From: Nitrospirota bacterium | GTDB taxonomy: Bacteria; Nitrospirota; UBA9217 | Length of the DNA: 50,489 nucleotides | Direction: 5' to 3' | Assembly (NCBI GenBank): GCA_029858565.1 | Contig: JAOUEV010000021.1 | Span: 1 to 50,489, forward strand | The notes under the pieces: generated by a model | Seen by the model: the letters and a program-made list of their open reading frames with translations, nothing else | What the model was told of the DNA's origin: nothing | The model's database searches: none | Translations under genes and position numbers: made by a program | Shown here: one piece after another, positions 8,512 to 19,544 of the stretch | Layout: every line of letters starts with the position of its first letter | How positions within the stretch are numbered: the first letter of the stretch is position 1

Positions 8512-10389
8512 TCAGGACCTCCCCCGCTTGCGCTTTTCCAATGCGACAAGAAGAAGCGAGATGGCCGCGGGCGTAACACCGGATATGCGCGATGCCTGTC
8601 CCAAGGATACCGGCCTGACGTGCTTGAGCTTCTGCTTTACTTCCGACCCCAGGCCGGTGATGCTGTCATAGTCCATGTCTTCCGGAAGGTCCTTCTGCTC
8701 CAGCGATGCGAACCGTTCCACCTGGCTCATCTGGCGCTGAATATATCCTTCATACTTGATCTGGATCTCCACCTGCTCAGCTGCATCGTCCTTCAGCGGG
8801 TGGTCAGTCGGGCTTATCACCGAGATATCGCCATAGGACAGCTCCGGTCTTTTCAGAAGCTGCTCCAATGCCGCGTCACTTGATAAGGCGTTCGAACCTC
8901 GCTGTTCCAGGACCGCGTTTACCTCTGCCGACGGTTTGACCCAGGTCTTCTTGATGCGCTTCAGCTCGCGCTCTACCGACTGGCGCTTCTCAACGAACTG
9001 CTGGTAATCGACTTCGGACACCAGACCGATCTCCCTGCCCCGGTCCCGCAGCCTTATATCCGCGTTATCCTCGCGCAGGATGAGGCGGTACTCTGCGCGG
9101 GAAGTGAACATGCGATAGGGTTCGTTCGTGCCCCTGGTGACGAGATCGTCGATCAACACACCAATGTAAGCGTCAGCGCGTGCGAGAATGAGCGGTTGCC
9201 GCTGCTGAACCTTGAGCGCGGCATTGATCCCCGCCATCAATCCTTGCGCAGCCGCCTCTTCATATCCTGAAGTGCCGTTGATCTGTCCGGCAAAGAACAA
9301 TCCTTCGATCTTTTTGGTCTCGAGCGTGTGCCTGATCTGCATGGGCGGCGCGTAGTCGTATTCGATCGCGTAGGCCGGACGCATGATCTCCACTTCCTCG
9401 AGACCGGTTATGGAACGGTACATTTCTGTCTGCACTTCAACCGGGAGACTTGTTGAAACGCCATTGGCATAATACTCTTCTGTATCCAATCCCTCGGGCT
9501 CCAGGAACACCTGATGACGCTCTCGCTCTGAGAAGCGCATGACCTTGTCTTCTATAGAGGGACAATATCTCGGCCCTATTCCCTTGATAACACCAGCGTA
9601 AAGTGGCGACTTGTCCAGATTATTTTTTATTATTTCATGTGTAAGTGGGTTGGTATACGTCAAATAGCAAGGAAGCTGCTGTAGCGGGTGGGTTTTTTCA
9701 CTAAAGGAAAAGAATGGTGCAGGATCATCTCCCGGCTGGATCTTCATTCTAGAAAAATCTATGGTTCTTCCGTTCAGCCTTGCTGGTGTGCCTGTCTTCA
9801 ATCTGCCGAGCTCAAAGCCCAGCTGACGAAGACTATCAGACAATCCCAGGGAAGGAAACTCGCCTGCACGCCCGGAAGGATAATGGGAAAGGCCGATATG
9901 GATGAGACCTTTCAGAAAGGTGCCTGTTGTGATGATCACGGTCGAAGAAAGATACTGAACGCCGATGTTCGTCTCAACCCCGCTGACACGCTGGCCCCCA
10001 ACCAGGAGCTTTTCGACCATACCCTGCTTCACATCGAGCCCGGTCTGTTTTTCCAGCGACTCTTTCATTGCCGCGCGATAGCGCTGCTTGTCCGCCTGGG
10101 CGCGAGTTCCCCGCACAGCAGGTCCTTTGCTCTTGTTCAGGGTCCGGAACTGGATTCCCGTGCGGTCGGTGATCTTCGCCATCTCGCCGCCGAGCGCGTC
10201 GATCTCCTTGACGAGGTGCCCTTTCGCAAGTCCGCCGATGGCCGGATTGCAGGACATCTGGCCGATCGTGTCCAGGTTCATGGTAAGCATGAGCGTGCTG
10301 CAGCCCATGCGCGCCGACGCCAGGGCGGCCTCGCACCCCGCATGTCCCGCGCCGATCACAATGACGTCGTATCTCTTTTGCGTATACAT
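8512..10389 (-). CDS. mnmG: tRNA uridine-5-carboxymethylaminomethyl modification enzyme GidA
   Basis: VIGAGHAGCEAA, MSCNPAIGG, GPRYCPSIEDK, AGQINGTSGYEEAA. Alternative GTG start at 10416. Confidence 0.97.
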   Translation of the reverse strand: MYTQKRYDVIVIGAGHAGCEAALASARMGCSTLMLTMNLDTIGQMSCNPAIGGLAKGHLVKEIDALGGEMAKITDRTGIQFRTLNKSKGPAVRGTRAQADKQRYRAAMKESLEKQTGLDVKQGMVEKLLVGGQRVSGVETNIGVQYLSSTVIITTGTFLKGLIHIGLSHYPSGRAGEFPSLGLSDSLRQLGFELGRLKTGTPARLNGRTIDFSRMKIQPGDDPAPFFSFSEKTHPLQQLPCYLTYTNPLTHEIIKNNLDKSPLYAGVIKGIGPRYCPSIEDKVMRFSERERHQVFLEPEGLDTEEYYANGVSTSLPVEVQTEMYRSITGLEEVEIMRPAYAIEYDYAPPMQIRHTLETKKIEGLFFAGQINGTSGYEEAAAQGLMAGINAALKVQQRQPLILARADAYIGVLIDDLVTRGTNEPYRMFTSRAEYRLILREDNADIRLRDRGREIGLVSEVDYQQFVEKRQSVERELKRIKKTWVKPSAEVNAVLEQRGSNALSSDAALEQLLKRPELSYGDISVISPTDHPLKDDAAEQVEIQIKYEGYIQRQMSQVERFASLEQKDLPEDMDYDSITGLGSEVKQKLKHVRPVSLGQASRISGVTPAAISLLLVALEKRKRGRS

Positions 10390-10412
10390 GTAAACCTTTT
10401 CAATTGTTCTCT

Positions 10413-11783
10413 TCACTTTCCTATGCAGAAATCCCGGAACACCCGCTCCAATATGTCCTCGGTATAGGTCGCGCCGATGATCGTGCCGATATGATCAAGT
10501 GCGTCTCGCAGGTCCAGTGCGATGAACTCCGGTGAGGCGTTGTTCCGCTCAGAGATCGCCGCCTTTTCCGCGCTGTTCAGCGCTTTTTCCAGCGCCTGCT
10601 TGTGGCGGGTGTTCACGGCCCAGGCGTGCTCGCCCGGAGCACCCTGTTCTCCCAGCGCCATGCGTGATATGGCTTTCCTGAGCTCATCAAGTCCCTGCCC
10701 GCTCTTGCAGGAAACATCTATCTGCACTTCCGGCCGCGCAAGTTTCTCGAGCTTCCTCGGAACATCCGCCTTGTTGATGACGACGACCGTGTTCTTTCGG
10801 CTTACTTCCTCAAGTATCTGACGGTCGCCGTCATGGAGCGGCTCGGAGCCGTCCAGCACGAGCAGTACCAGATCAGCGCTTGCAAGCGCGGCGACGCTTC
10901 TTTTCACGCCTTCCTGTTCCACCAGATCATGGGTGTCGCGGATCCCGGCGGTATCTATTATCCGTACCGCTATTCCGTTGATGGTGATGCTTTCCTCGAT
11001 GATGTCCCTTGTTGTTCCCGGCATGGAGGTCACGATAGCGCGATCCTCCCTAAGGAGGCTGTTCAACAACGACGATTTTCCCACATTCGGACGTCCCACG
11101 ATCGCTGTCGCGAGCCCCTCCCGCATGATCTTTCCAAATGCAAAACCGCTGATAAGCCCCTTGATGGTCAAGGCTACAGACTCGATCTCTTTTCCCAGCG
11201 GCCGTCCCTCCGGGGTCTCGATGTCCTCCTCGGGAAAATCCACACCTGCCTCTACTCCGGCCAGGAGACCGATAAGCTTCTGGCGGAGATCCTCGACCTC
11301 ACGGGAAAGACCTCCCTTGAGCTGCTCCTGCGCGGCCCGGTTGCTCGCGTCCGTCCGCGCCTTGATAACGTCCATAACAGCTTCCGCCTGCGCAAGATCT
11401 ATCCTGCCGTTCAGAAAAGCCCGCTTGGTGAACTCTCCCGGCTCCGCCTGCCGCGCACCTTCAGCGATCACCAGACCGAGCGTTCTTTCCAGGGCCACTG
11501 GCCCGCCATGGCCATTGACCTCCACCACATCCTCGCGCGTATAGGTGCCGGGTCCTCGCATGATCGTTACCAGCGCCTCGTCAACGATCGTCCGGTCTTC
11601 AGGATCGATGATCCGTCCGTAATGGATCGTATGGCTTGGGACCGTCAACAGGTCCTTTGGTCTCGATGGATGAAAAAGTTTTTTCGCGATCACGATCGAA
11701 TCGTTTCCGCTGATCCTTATGATCCCGATGCTCCCGTGGCCGGGAGCAGTTGAGACCGCACAGATCGTATCCTGGTCGCTCAT
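10413..11783 (-). CDS. mnmE: tRNA modification GTPase TrmE
   Basis: DTICAVST, GRPNVGKSS, GTTRD, DTAG, NKAD, C-terminal FCIGK. Confidence 0.97.
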   Translation of the reverse strand: MSDQDTICAVSTAPGHGSIGIIRISGNDSIVIAKKLFHPSRPKDLLTVPSHTIHYGRIIDPEDRTIVDEALVTIMRGPGTYTREDVVEVNGHGGPVALERTLGLVIAEGARQAEPGEFTKRAFLNGRIDLAQAEAVMDVIKARTDASNRAAQEQLKGGLSREVEDLRQKLIGLLAGVEAGVDFPEEDIETPEGRPLGKEIESVALTIKGLISGFAFGKIMREGLATAIVGRPNVGKSSLLNSLLREDRAIVTSMPGTTRDIIEESITINGIAVRIIDTAGIRDTHDLVEQEGVKRSVAALASADLVLLVLDGSEPLHDGDRQILEEVSRKNTVVVINKADVPRKLEKLARPEVQIDVSCKSGQGLDELRKAISRMALGEQGAPGEHAWAVNTRHKQALEKALNSAEKAAISERNNASPEFIALDLRDALDHIGTIIGATYTEDILERVFRDFCIGK

Positions 11784-12064
11784 GGGGCCATATTACCACA
11801 AAGGCTGAGGCCTAAACATCGCTTTTTGGCTGTGACAGTAACGAAAATATGCTAGAATAACAACACGATTGCCATGGGCTCCCGGGAACTGAAAAAGATC
11901 GCCGTGCAGTTCTTGCTTGAACAACTTCAACTTTGCATCGGCCAGCAGCTCGCAAAAGGCGAGAACGCGTGCAATATCATCGATGAGAGCGATAAGGTCA
12001 TCACCTTTTGACACGAACGACAGTCCACGCAACCAGTATTCCAGAACGACACAGGTGACCCAAT

Positions 12065-13651
12065 ATGGACAACAAGGCATTGTGGGAACGCTTTAAGAAA
12101 CATCTCTGCATCTGCCCCGATATCGGGCTTTCGCTCGATATCAGCAGAATGAACTTTCCCGGCGATTTCTTTGATCGTCTTGAACCGCAGATGCAAAAAG
12201 CCTATGCTGCCATGCAGGCGCTCGAGTCCGGTGCCATTGCCAATCCTGACGAGAACCGCATGGTCGGTCATTACTGGCTTCGGGCTCCCGAGCTTGCTCC
12301 TTCCCAAGAGATTTCCAACGACATCTCGAACACGCTTGTTGCGATCAATGACTTTGCGTTCGCGGTCCATGCGAGCAAGATCAAGCCCCGCAAGCATGGC
12401 CGGTTCAGCAATTTCATATCCATCGGCATCGGTGGTTCTGCGCTCGGTCCGCAGTTCCTGTCCGACGCACTCAGTACCTCCTCCAATATCCTCTCCCCGT
12501 ATTTCCTGGACAATACCGATCCTGACGGTTTCGATCGACTTCTTACCCGTATCCGGAACCAGCTTGACGATACCCTGGTCATCGTTATATCGAAAAGCGG
12601 GGGTACCATTGAGACCCGGAACGGGATGATCGAAATCTCCCAGGCATTTAGAAAAGCTGGTCTTGCTTTTGAGCGCCATGCAGTAGCAATAACAGAAGTG
12701 GGGAGCGCCCTGGATGTTTTAGCTAAAAATGAGTCCTGGATAGCGAGATTTCCTATGTGGAATTGGGTAGGTGGGAGATCATCCATAACTTCGGCTGTTG
12801 GTCTGCTTCCCATGTCCTTGCAGGGGATAGATATCAAGGAGTTTCTTATGGGTGCAGCGCTCTGTGACAAGCGTACGCGCAATACCAATACATCTCAGAA
12901 TCCTGCAGCCCTGCTTGCGCTCATGTGGTATTACGCGACCTCGGGCAAGGGCGCTAAAGACCTGGTGATCCTTCCCTATAAGGACCGGCTGCAGCTTCTT
13001 TCACGCTATCTTCAACAGCTGATCATGGAATCTCTTGGCAAGGAAAAGGACCTTGACGGCAAGATCGTCAACCAGGGACTTTCAGTGTACGGCAACAAGG
13101 GAACAACAGACCAGCATTCCTATGTTCAGCAGCTGCGTGACGGTGTGAACAATTTCTTTGCAACCTTTATTGAGGTCCTCCATGACCGCGCAGACCCCTC
13201 GCCCATGGTCGGTCCCGAGGTTACCAGCGGCGATTACCTCAGTAGCTTCCTCCTTGGCACCCGCAATGCCTTGCATGAGAACGGACGGGAATCCATCACT
13301 ATCACTCTGGACAGGATAGATGCCAGAACACTGGGAGGGCTGATCGCCTTGTTCGAGCGCGCCGTCGGATTCTATGCCTCCCTGATCAACGTGAACGCCT
13401 ACCACCAGCCCGGGGTCGAGGCCGGCAAAAAAATGGCAAGTGCGATCATTTCGCTTCAGGGAGAGGCACTCGATATTCTGAAAAAGAACCCCGGCAAGCC
13501 TTTTTCCGCCGATGATATCGCACGGGCGCTTGGTAAAGAGGATCAGACCGAAGCGATCTTCAAGATCCTTCTCCATGCGTCCATGAACGTGGACCATGGC
13601 ATCAAACGAACTTCTGCTGACCTGTCCCGGGAAACATTTTTCGAGTCCTGA
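12065..13651 (+). CDS. pgi: Glucose-6-phosphate isomerase
   Basis: [48 protein letters not shown]. Confidence 0.95.
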   Translation: MDNKALWERFKKHLCICPDIGLSLDISRMNFPGDFFDRLEPQMQKAYAAMQALESGAIANPDENRMVGHYWLRAPELAPSQEISNDISNTLVAINDFAFAVHASKIKPRKHGRFSNFISIGIGGSALGPQFLSDALSTSSNILSPYFLDNTDPDGFDRLLTRIRNQLDDTLVIVISKSGGTIETRNGMIEISQAFRKAGLAFERHAVAITEVGSALDVLAKNESWIARFPMWNWVGGRSSITSAVGLLPMSLQGIDIKEFLMGAALCDKRTRNTNTSQNPAALLALMWYYATSGKGAKDLVILPYKDRLQLLSRYLQQLIMESLGKEKDLDGKIVNQGLSVYGNKGTTDQHSYVQQLRDGVNNFFATFIEVLHDRADPSPMVGPEVTSGDYLSSFLLGTRNALHENGRESITITLDRIDARTLGGLIALFERAVGFYASLINVNAYHQPGVEAGKKMASAIISLQGEALDILKKNPGKPFSADDIARALGKEDQTEAIFKILLHASMNVDHGIKRTSADLSRETFFES

Positions 13652-13660
13652 GGTGAACAC

Positions 13661-14164
13661 ATGCTGAGTATGATCGCAAAGCTCCTGAAAGTGCTGAACT
13701 CCGAGGCCGATCCCTTCCAGATCAGCGTTGCTCTGGGTCTCTCGATGATCACCGGCTTCCTTCCGCTGTTCACGCCGCTGAACCTGCTCATACTTCTACT
13801 CGTGCTTGTTCTGCGAGTGAACATCTCTTCGTATCTTCTTGGCTCCGCCTTCTTCGCGGGAATTGCATGGTTCCTGGACCCGATCTTCCACCGCATCGGG
13901 CTTGCCGTCCTGACCGCGGGCGCGCTCGAAGGATCCTGGACAGCCCTGTATAACACGGTTCTCGGCCGTCTCCAGCGTTTTAACAATTCCGTGGTCATGG
14001 GAAGTGTTATCTTCTCTGCACTGTTCTTCGTCCCGCTCGTACTGCTTTTGAACATAGCCATCCGGAAATACCGCGACCACGTTCTTCTGTGGGTGAAAAA
14101 GACCCGGTTCATGCAAATTCTTATGGCAAGCAAATTCTATGATCTCTACGAAAAACTGTCCTGA
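13661..14164 (+). CDS. TIGR03546-family membrane protein
   Basis: KLLKVLNSEADPFQIS...RFNNSVVMGS, hydrophobic, paired with the next gene as is usual for this family. Confidence 0.75.
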   Translation: MLSMIAKLLKVLNSEADPFQISVALGLSMITGFLPLFTPLNLLILLLVLVLRVNISSYLLGSAFFAGIAWFLDPIFHRIGLAVLTAGALEGSWTALYNTVLGRLQRFNNSVVMGSVIFSALFFVPLVLLLNIAIRKYRDHVLLWVKKTRFMQILMASKFYDLYEKLS

Positions 14165-14178
14165 GATGAGGGATTCTT

Positions 14179-15933
14179 ATGAATAAATGGATACGCTGGT
14201 GGGGACTTATCGCTTTTGCCGCTTTTTGCGGTCTGATCATCATCTTCTGGCTCTTTTTCGTTGACGGCTTTGTTCGCAACATGGTCGAGCGTGCAGGCTC
14301 GGCCGCGGCAGGCGCTGAAGTGAACGTATCAAGCGCCAGATTGACCATCTCGCCGCTTGGCATTGCACTTTCGGGCATCCAGGTAACGGACCCCAAGGTC
14401 CCCTCCACGAATTCCCTTGAGATCGGTCGTGTCGCTTTCTCCCTGGACGGCCTTAATCTGCTCCGTCGCAAGATCATCATCCAGGAGATGTCCGCAGATG
14501 GGCTCCTTTTTGGAACGGCCCGAAAAAAACCCGGATTCGTCATTCTCCCGGACACCCCGGCCGTTCAGGAGAAAAAAACCTCCTCCTTCGCGCTTCCCTC
14601 CTTCGCCATACCCGATGTGAAACAGATTCTTCAGACCGAGGTCTTCGAATCGGTTAAGCTTATTGACGACGCTAACGCAGATGTTCAGAAGACAGCGGCT
14701 TCCTGGCAAAAGCGGATGAGTGAACTGCCCAGCAAATCCTCCCTGGACTCCTACCGTACCCGGCTTGACAAGCTGAAGATATCATCCAGGTCCAGCCTGA
14801 AGGACCTTACATCCGCATCCCTTGATGCAAAGAAGATCAAAGAAGACCTGGACCGGGATCTTGAGCGTCTGAAAAGTTCAAAGACCGCCCTGAGCGCTGA
14901 CCTTGCCTCACTGAAGGAACTTGTTGCAAAGGCAGAACGTGCTCCGCTGGAGGACATACGCCGGATCAGGGACAAGTACAGTATTTCGCCATCAGGTCTT
15001 CAGAACATGAGCCAGGCCCTCTTTGGATCAAAGGTCGTTTCCTGGTTCGATAGCGGACTTGTTTGGTACAACCGCATCACTCCGCTGATCGCTGGATCCG
15101 GGGAGGGCAAGGGAACGGTAAAAGTTTCTAAACCGCTTCGCGGCAAGGGCGTTGATGTGCGGTTTCGCGAGCATGCTCCCTTGCCAGACTTCCTCATCCG
15201 TAACGTCAACACCTCTATGAAGCCCGAGGCCGGTTCCTTTGCCGGAACGATCAGGAACATCACTCCTGACCAGGACATCATCGGCATTCCTCTTACGTTC
15301 AAGTTCGACGGCTCCGGTATGAAAGACCTTCGCACCATAACGCTCAGCGGCGGTTTTGATCATATCCTGTCCGCATCTTACAAGGATACGATACAGGTGG
15401 AGGTGCTCGGATATCGCGCCGGAGATATGGTGCTTTCCGGGAACAAGGAACTCCCGATCACACTTCAGGATGGACTGATGGATTTAGAGTTCAAAGGCCT
15501 TCGCACATCCAAAGGACTGAGCGCCACGCTGTCAGCCACCTTCAGGTCCGTCCGGATCAACACCGGCAATCAAGGTAACAGCGGAATGATCCTCTCGTCG
15601 CTCAGGAGCGCCCTTTCCCGGGTCACGGCCTTTAAGCTCTCTGCGGACATCAGCGGCGAACCTGGCAATTATGATGTGAAGGTCTCCTCTGATCTCGACA
15701 GGGTGTTCAAGGATGCCGTCGGGAGGATGGTTCAGGAGCAGAGCGTAAAACTGGAGAAGGATCTTAAAGCAGCGGTTCAGGCAAAGACCGAAGGAAAGGT
15801 GAAAGACCTGAAAGCAAGTTTAGGCGGGCTGAACACCGCTGGCGCGAACATCGACGCTGTACAAAACGAGCTGAACACGCTTCTGCAGGAGGCAAAACAA
15901 AAGGCCGAGGGGAAGGTTAAATTGTCTTTGTAG
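14179..15933 (+). CDS. TIGR03545-family protein (AsmA-like, N-terminal membrane anchor)
   Basis: IRWWGLIAF N-terminus, RGKGVDVRF...PDFLIR, SSDLD motifs, coiled-coil segments. Confidence 0.75.
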   Translation: MNKWIRWWGLIAFAAFCGLIIIFWLFFVDGFVRNMVERAGSAAAGAEVNVSSARLTISPLGIALSGIQVTDPKVPSTNSLEIGRVAFSLDGLNLLRRKIIIQEMSADGLLFGTARKKPGFVILPDTPAVQEKKTSSFALPSFAIPDVKQILQTEVFESVKLIDDANADVQKTAASWQKRMSELPSKSSLDSYRTRLDKLKISSRSSLKDLTSASLDAKKIKEDLDRDLERLKSSKTALSADLASLKELVAKAERAPLEDIRRIRDKYSISPSGLQNMSQALFGSKVVSWFDSGLVWYNRITPLIAGSGEGKGTVKVSKPLRGKGVDVRFREHAPLPDFLIRNVNTSMKPEAGSFAGTIRNITPDQDIIGIPLTFKFDGSGMKDLRTITLSGGFDHILSASYKDTIQVEVLGYRAGDMVLSGNKELPITLQDGLMDLEFKGLRTSKGLSATLSATFRSVRINTGNQGNSGMILSSLRSALSRVTAFKLSADISGEPGNYDVKVSSDLDRVFKDAVGRMVQEQSVKLEKDLKAAVQAKTEGKVKDLKASLGGLNTAGANIDAVQNELNTLLQEAKQKAEGKVKLSL

Positions 15934-15935
15934 CA

Positions 15936-17084
15936 CTATGGTTCCCTGTCGAGTATCCTGTCCAGCTCTTTGAAACAGAAAACAATCTCTTCCTTCGTGT
16001 TATAGAAGTGCGGTGAAATCCTGACCCCACCGGCACGAACGTTCACCATGATGCCTTTCTCGCGCAGCGCATTGCGAAGCGCGTCGGGGTCAAAAGGTCC
16101 GCAAACGGTCACATTGCCTCCGCGCGCACTCCGCTCACGGGGCGTCTTGATCTCAAAACCTCTCCTCTCTGCCTCTTCGATGATGACATCTCCGAGTCCA
16201 AGGACCTGTTCCTCAATATTTTCTATCCCTACTTCGTTCAGCAGCTCTATGGCTGCTCCAAGGCCGATGATCCCCATGACATTCAATGATCCTTCTTCGA
16301 ACCTTTGCGCGTCTTTCTTCAGATCAAACTGCGGTCGCTCAAATTCGAATTGCTGCTGAACGCTTTTCCAGCCAACAAGGGCCGGTTCGATCACTTCCGT
16401 CAGCCCTCTTCTGCAAAAGAATATTCCGATCCCCTCCGGACCGAGCAGCCACTTGTGCGCATCAGCCGCCAGAAAATCGATATTGAACGCATCAACGTCC
16501 ATAGGTATCACCCCAAGACTTTGTATCGCATCTACACAGAACAACATTCCCTTTTTTCTGCACAAATCGCCTGTGCGCTTAAGATCCATCCTGAACCCGT
16601 TCGTGAACTGGACCGAGCTGATGGACAAGAGACGTGTTCTTGCGTCAACCTGTTGTTCAATATCATCCAGCATGATGCGTCCTTCTCTTGAAGGTATCGT
16701 TCTTACTTCAACTCCTTTTCTCCTGAGATGCTCCCAGGGATACCGGTTGGAAGGGAATTCCTTTTCATATATGATCACATTGTCGCCCTGGTTCCACGCC
16801 ATTCCCTCTGCAACAATAGACAAGCCATGCGATGTGCTTCTGACAAAAGCCACCTCATCGGTCTCCGCTCGCAGCAAGTCTGCACATTTTTTCCTGATAT
16901 CAACGATCTTCCGGAACCATTGTGGATAGAGAAAAGCGCCGTTCTCCGCAGATTCCGACAAGAATCCGCATATCGCCTTTTCTACCCTCCTGGATATTGG
17001 CGCCACTCCCGCATGATCAAGATAAACAAACCGTCCTGTTATGGGGAACTCATTTCGGTATTTGTCTACGTCGTCCTTTTCCAT
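15936..17084 (-). CDS. Aminotransferase class V PLP-dependent enzyme
   Basis: YLDHAG, DAIQSLG, AHKWLLGPEG (PLP lysine), RISPHFYN. No SufS/IscS catalytic Cys loop. Confidence 0.85.
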   Translation of the reverse strand: MEKDDVDKYRNEFPITGRFVYLDHAGVAPISRRVEKAICGFLSESAENGAFLYPQWFRKIVDIRKKCADLLRAETDEVAFVRSTSHGLSIVAEGMAWNQGDNVIIYEKEFPSNRYPWEHLRRKGVEVRTIPSREGRIMLDDIEQQVDARTRLLSISSVQFTNGFRMDLKRTGDLCRKKGMLFCVDAIQSLGVIPMDVDAFNIDFLAADAHKWLLGPEGIGIFFCRRGLTEVIEPALVGWKSVQQQFEFERPQFDLKKDAQRFEEGSLNVMGIIGLGAAIELLNEVGIENIEEQVLGLGDVIIEEAERRGFEIKTPRERSARGGNVTVCGPFDPDALRNALREKGIMVNVRAGGVRISPHFYNTKEEIVFCFKELDRILDREP

Positions 17085-17343
17085 GTTTTCTCAGATACCC
17101 TTCCTTTTCTTCACGCGAAAGCTGCTTGATGGCGAATTCTTTTTTTAATGCGTCCGACCGGTCTTTACATCGACGTGTATGAACAAGCGTTACCGGCCTT
17201 CTGCTTCGCGTGTACCGTGATGCCGTTCCCTTGTTATGCCGTTCTATTCTCTTTGAAACGTCATTCGTGATCCCCGTGTAGTACGTACCATCGGAGCACA
17301 AGATCATGTAAAGATGCCATTTTCCCGCGGGTTTCTTTTCCAC
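17050..17343 (-). CDS. GIY-YIG nuclease family protein (YhbQ/UPF0213-like)
   Basis: WHLYMILCSDGTYYTGITND, RHNKG, RYTRSRRP, ALKKE. Confidence 0.88.
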   Translation of the reverse strand: MEKKPAGKWHLYMILCSDGTYYTGITNDVSKRIERHNKGTASRYTRSRRPVTLVHTRRCKDRSDALKKEFAIKQLSREEKEGYLRKHGKGRRRQIPK

Positions 17344-17421
17344 GTTCCGATTCTATCCCTGCGCGGCTTTTATGGCAAGGTGATTCTGGACAGGCCCTGC
17401 TTTTCCCGGTAATATGGGTCT

Positions 17422-17859
17422 GTGCGAAAAGGCATTGACTATATCGGTGTCGGTACCGGCGCAATTATCGTGAACACGGAGGGAAAGCTGTTCCTGGCCA
17501 AGCGAGGCAGGGAGTCGCGTAATGAACGCTACAAATGGGAGTTTCCCGGCGGCAGTGTGGAGTTTGGCGAACATCTGCAAGATGCCTTGATCAGGGAGAT
17601 ACGCGAGGAATACGGCGTTGTTATTCAGATCGATCAGCTACTTGACGTGGTGGATCATATCATTCCCCAGGAACACCAGCACTGGATATCCCCTACCTTC
17701 CTCTGCCGGGTCGCGAACGGTATTCCTCATATCATGGAGCCGCATAAATGTGATGCCATCGGATGGTTCGGGCTGCACGAGATCCCCGTGAATGAGCTTA
17801 CCATTGCTTCTCGCAAGAGTCTTGAAAGCTATCAAAAATCTCTTTTGAGAAAAGAATGA
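17422..17859 (+). CDS. NUDIX hydrolase
   Basis: Nudix box WEFPGGSVEFGEHLQDALIREIREEYG. Confidence 0.9.
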   Translation: MRKGIDYIGVGTGAIIVNTEGKLFLAKRGRESRNERYKWEFPGGSVEFGEHLQDALIREIREEYGVVIQIDQLLDVVDHIIPQEHQHWISPTFLCRVANGIPHIMEPHKCDAIGWFGLHEIPVNELTIASRKSLESYQKSLLRKE

Positions 17860-18563
17860 ACGGTTCTTATTTAAACCCGCTTGACATGGATAATTATCTA
17901 TCTCTTCCTGTTGACGCGATCCTTCTCTTTGGTCCTACGGGCGCTGGAAAAAGTCCGCTTGGTGATACTATCGCTTGCCGCGGATTCTTTGGCCGTCGTG
18001 CCTATCATCTCGATTTCGGTTCTGAGCTCCGCTCCATTGCGAACGCCAACCGATCTTCTTCCCGCTATTCCGATTCTGAACTTGCTTTTGTGCGCGGTGT
18101 TCTTGATCGCGGACTCCTGCTCGAGAACGAGCACTTTGTCCTTGCCCGAAAGATCATTTCGCTCTTTCTCGAGCGCTCTTGTTTTGCCTCCGGTGACATT
18201 CTTGTTCTGAACGGCATCCCTCGCCATGTCGGCCAGGCAAAGGACCTTTCCACAATAGCCATTGTTCATGCCCTGATCGTGCTCGACTGCTCTTTGGATT
18301 CGATCTTATGCCGTTTAACGAGTAATGTGGGTGGTGACAGAACAGGAAGAATCGATGACCACAAGGATCTTGTTGGCCGTAAATTGCAGATATTTATTGA
18401 AAGAACGCAGCCGCTTATAGAACACTACGCTCAGGAAGGCAGTATGATATATCGCCTTCCGGTAACCGATGCTTCAACAACCACTGATGCCTATACCGCC
18501 CTGACCTCACTTGCCACCGCGTATCCACCAGTCACCTTTATCGCTGAACCACCACAACGATGA
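17856..18563 (+). CDS. Adenylate kinase-like nucleoside monophosphate kinase (divergent)
   Basis: P-loop GPTGAGKS, HLDFGSELR, LNGIPRHVGQA, RIDD. ATGA overlap with NUDIX; start could be 17886. Confidence 0.72.
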   Translation: MNGSYLNPLDMDNYLSLPVDAILLFGPTGAGKSPLGDTIACRGFFGRRAYHLDFGSELRSIANANRSSSRYSDSELAFVRGVLDRGLLLENEHFVLARKIISLFLERSCFASGDILVLNGIPRHVGQAKDLSTIAIVHALIVLDCSLDSILCRLTSNVGGDRTGRIDDHKDLVGRKLQIFIERTQPLIEHYAQEGSMIYRLPVTDASTTTDAYTALTSLATAYPPVTFIAEPPQR

Positions 18564-19079
18564 GTCTGTTTTCAGGATTACCGCGGCAAGTTCTTTTGCT
18601 GATTTCGTTCTCAGTCTTTTGAGCGAGAATTCAAGCCATTCTTCAGCATAGGCGTTTCCAATATCCTTCCGTTCCTTCAGTGACAGAATAAAGTCGAGCT
18701 GGTCCGCGTCTTTGGCTATTTTCGCTTCCTTGGTGCTTTCCGCTTCGAATTCCTCTATTAGTTCCTTGATCTCGCTGCCAAAGGGAAGGGGCGACGCCAT
18801 GTCATTAACCGCCTTCCCAACATCCACGGAAACATACTTCTTATTCACGTAATTCTGATCACCGGTTCGCGCCTCGGGAAGATCATGGAACATGCACATT
18901 TTCACAATCCTGTCCACATCCACATCATCGGCCATTCGTCCTAATGCATAACCTATGTAGACCGTCCGGAAAATGTGCTCCGCCACAGATTCCGCGCCGG
19001 ATCCAAGAAACTGATACCCTGTTCGCGGTGTTCGTTTCAGCATCCCTGCTTCAAAGAGAAAATTTGCAATATTCTTCAT
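18507..19079 (-). CDS. HD-domain phosphohydrolase (YfbR/HDDC2-like)
   Basis: LKRTPRTG, ESVAEH, HDLPEARTGD, KDADQLD. Confidence 0.88.
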   Translation of the reverse strand: MKNIANFLFEAGMLKRTPRTGYQFLGSGAESVAEHIFRTVYIGYALGRMADDVDVDRIVKMCMFHDLPEARTGDQNYVNKKYVSVDVGKAVNDMASPLPFGSEIKELIEEFEAESTKEAKIAKDADQLDFILSLKERKDIGNAYAEEWLEFSLKRLRTKSAKELAAVILKTDSSLWWFSDKGDWWIRGGK

Positions 19080-19104
19080 TTTGGGTCTCTTGCTGCTCCG
19101 TTCA

Positions 19105-19473
19105 TCAGAACGTCAATCCCTGCCGTTTCATAAGAAGTTCTCCAAGATACGATCCAGGTTTCACTTCCGCGTTCTTGATGAGTTCGGCGCCTTCCAACCC
19201 ATAGGGTTTTACGCATGATGCACAGACATAGAACTTGCAGTCAAAATCCTCGACCAGGCTTTTCATCAGTTCTGCTACAGGAGAGAACGCCTTCTGGAAC
19301 TGGATCGATTCAGCAAAACCTTTCTTTGCAAGATATGCTGCTTCATTCATCAAGAAGAAATCTATCTTGGCATCAAATGCAGCCATATTCGTGGCGAGTT
19401 GAAGAGCCCCTGCGGCTTTCTCGATCGCATTATAGGACGTTGTCAGTATGAACACGAACTCTTTGTTTTCCAT
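19105..19473 (-). CDS. DsrE-family protein
   Basis: FFLMNEAAYLAKKG and YVCASC pattern typical of the DsrE/F fold; SD AGGAG upstream. Confidence 0.8.
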   Translation of the reverse strand: MENKEFVFILTTSYNAIEKAAGALQLATNMAAFDAKIDFFLMNEAAYLAKKGFAESIQFQKAFSPVAELMKSLVEDFDCKFYVCASCVKPYGLEGAELIKNAEVKPGSYLGELLMKRQGLTF

Positions 19474-19544
19474 GGTGTTGCTCCTTTTCCTGCGGAGATA
19501 TAATGAGATGTCTTATGGAGTTATGAGCGCGCTTTTCTGCATAG

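Noticed and set aside
9470-9900. Lower-GC patches inside mnmG (and pgi ~12640-12900) as recombination tracts
   Set aside because: Impression only; reading frames and motifs are intact and no composition statistics could be run.
11874-12011. 45-aa ORF MGSRELKKIAVQF... upstream of pgi
   Set aside because: No SD or recognisable motif; not supportable without homology or expression data.
15936-17084. Class V PLP enzyme as a cysteine desulfurase feeding TusA/DsrE
   Set aside because: The catalytic Cys loop (RxGHHC or SACxS) is missing.
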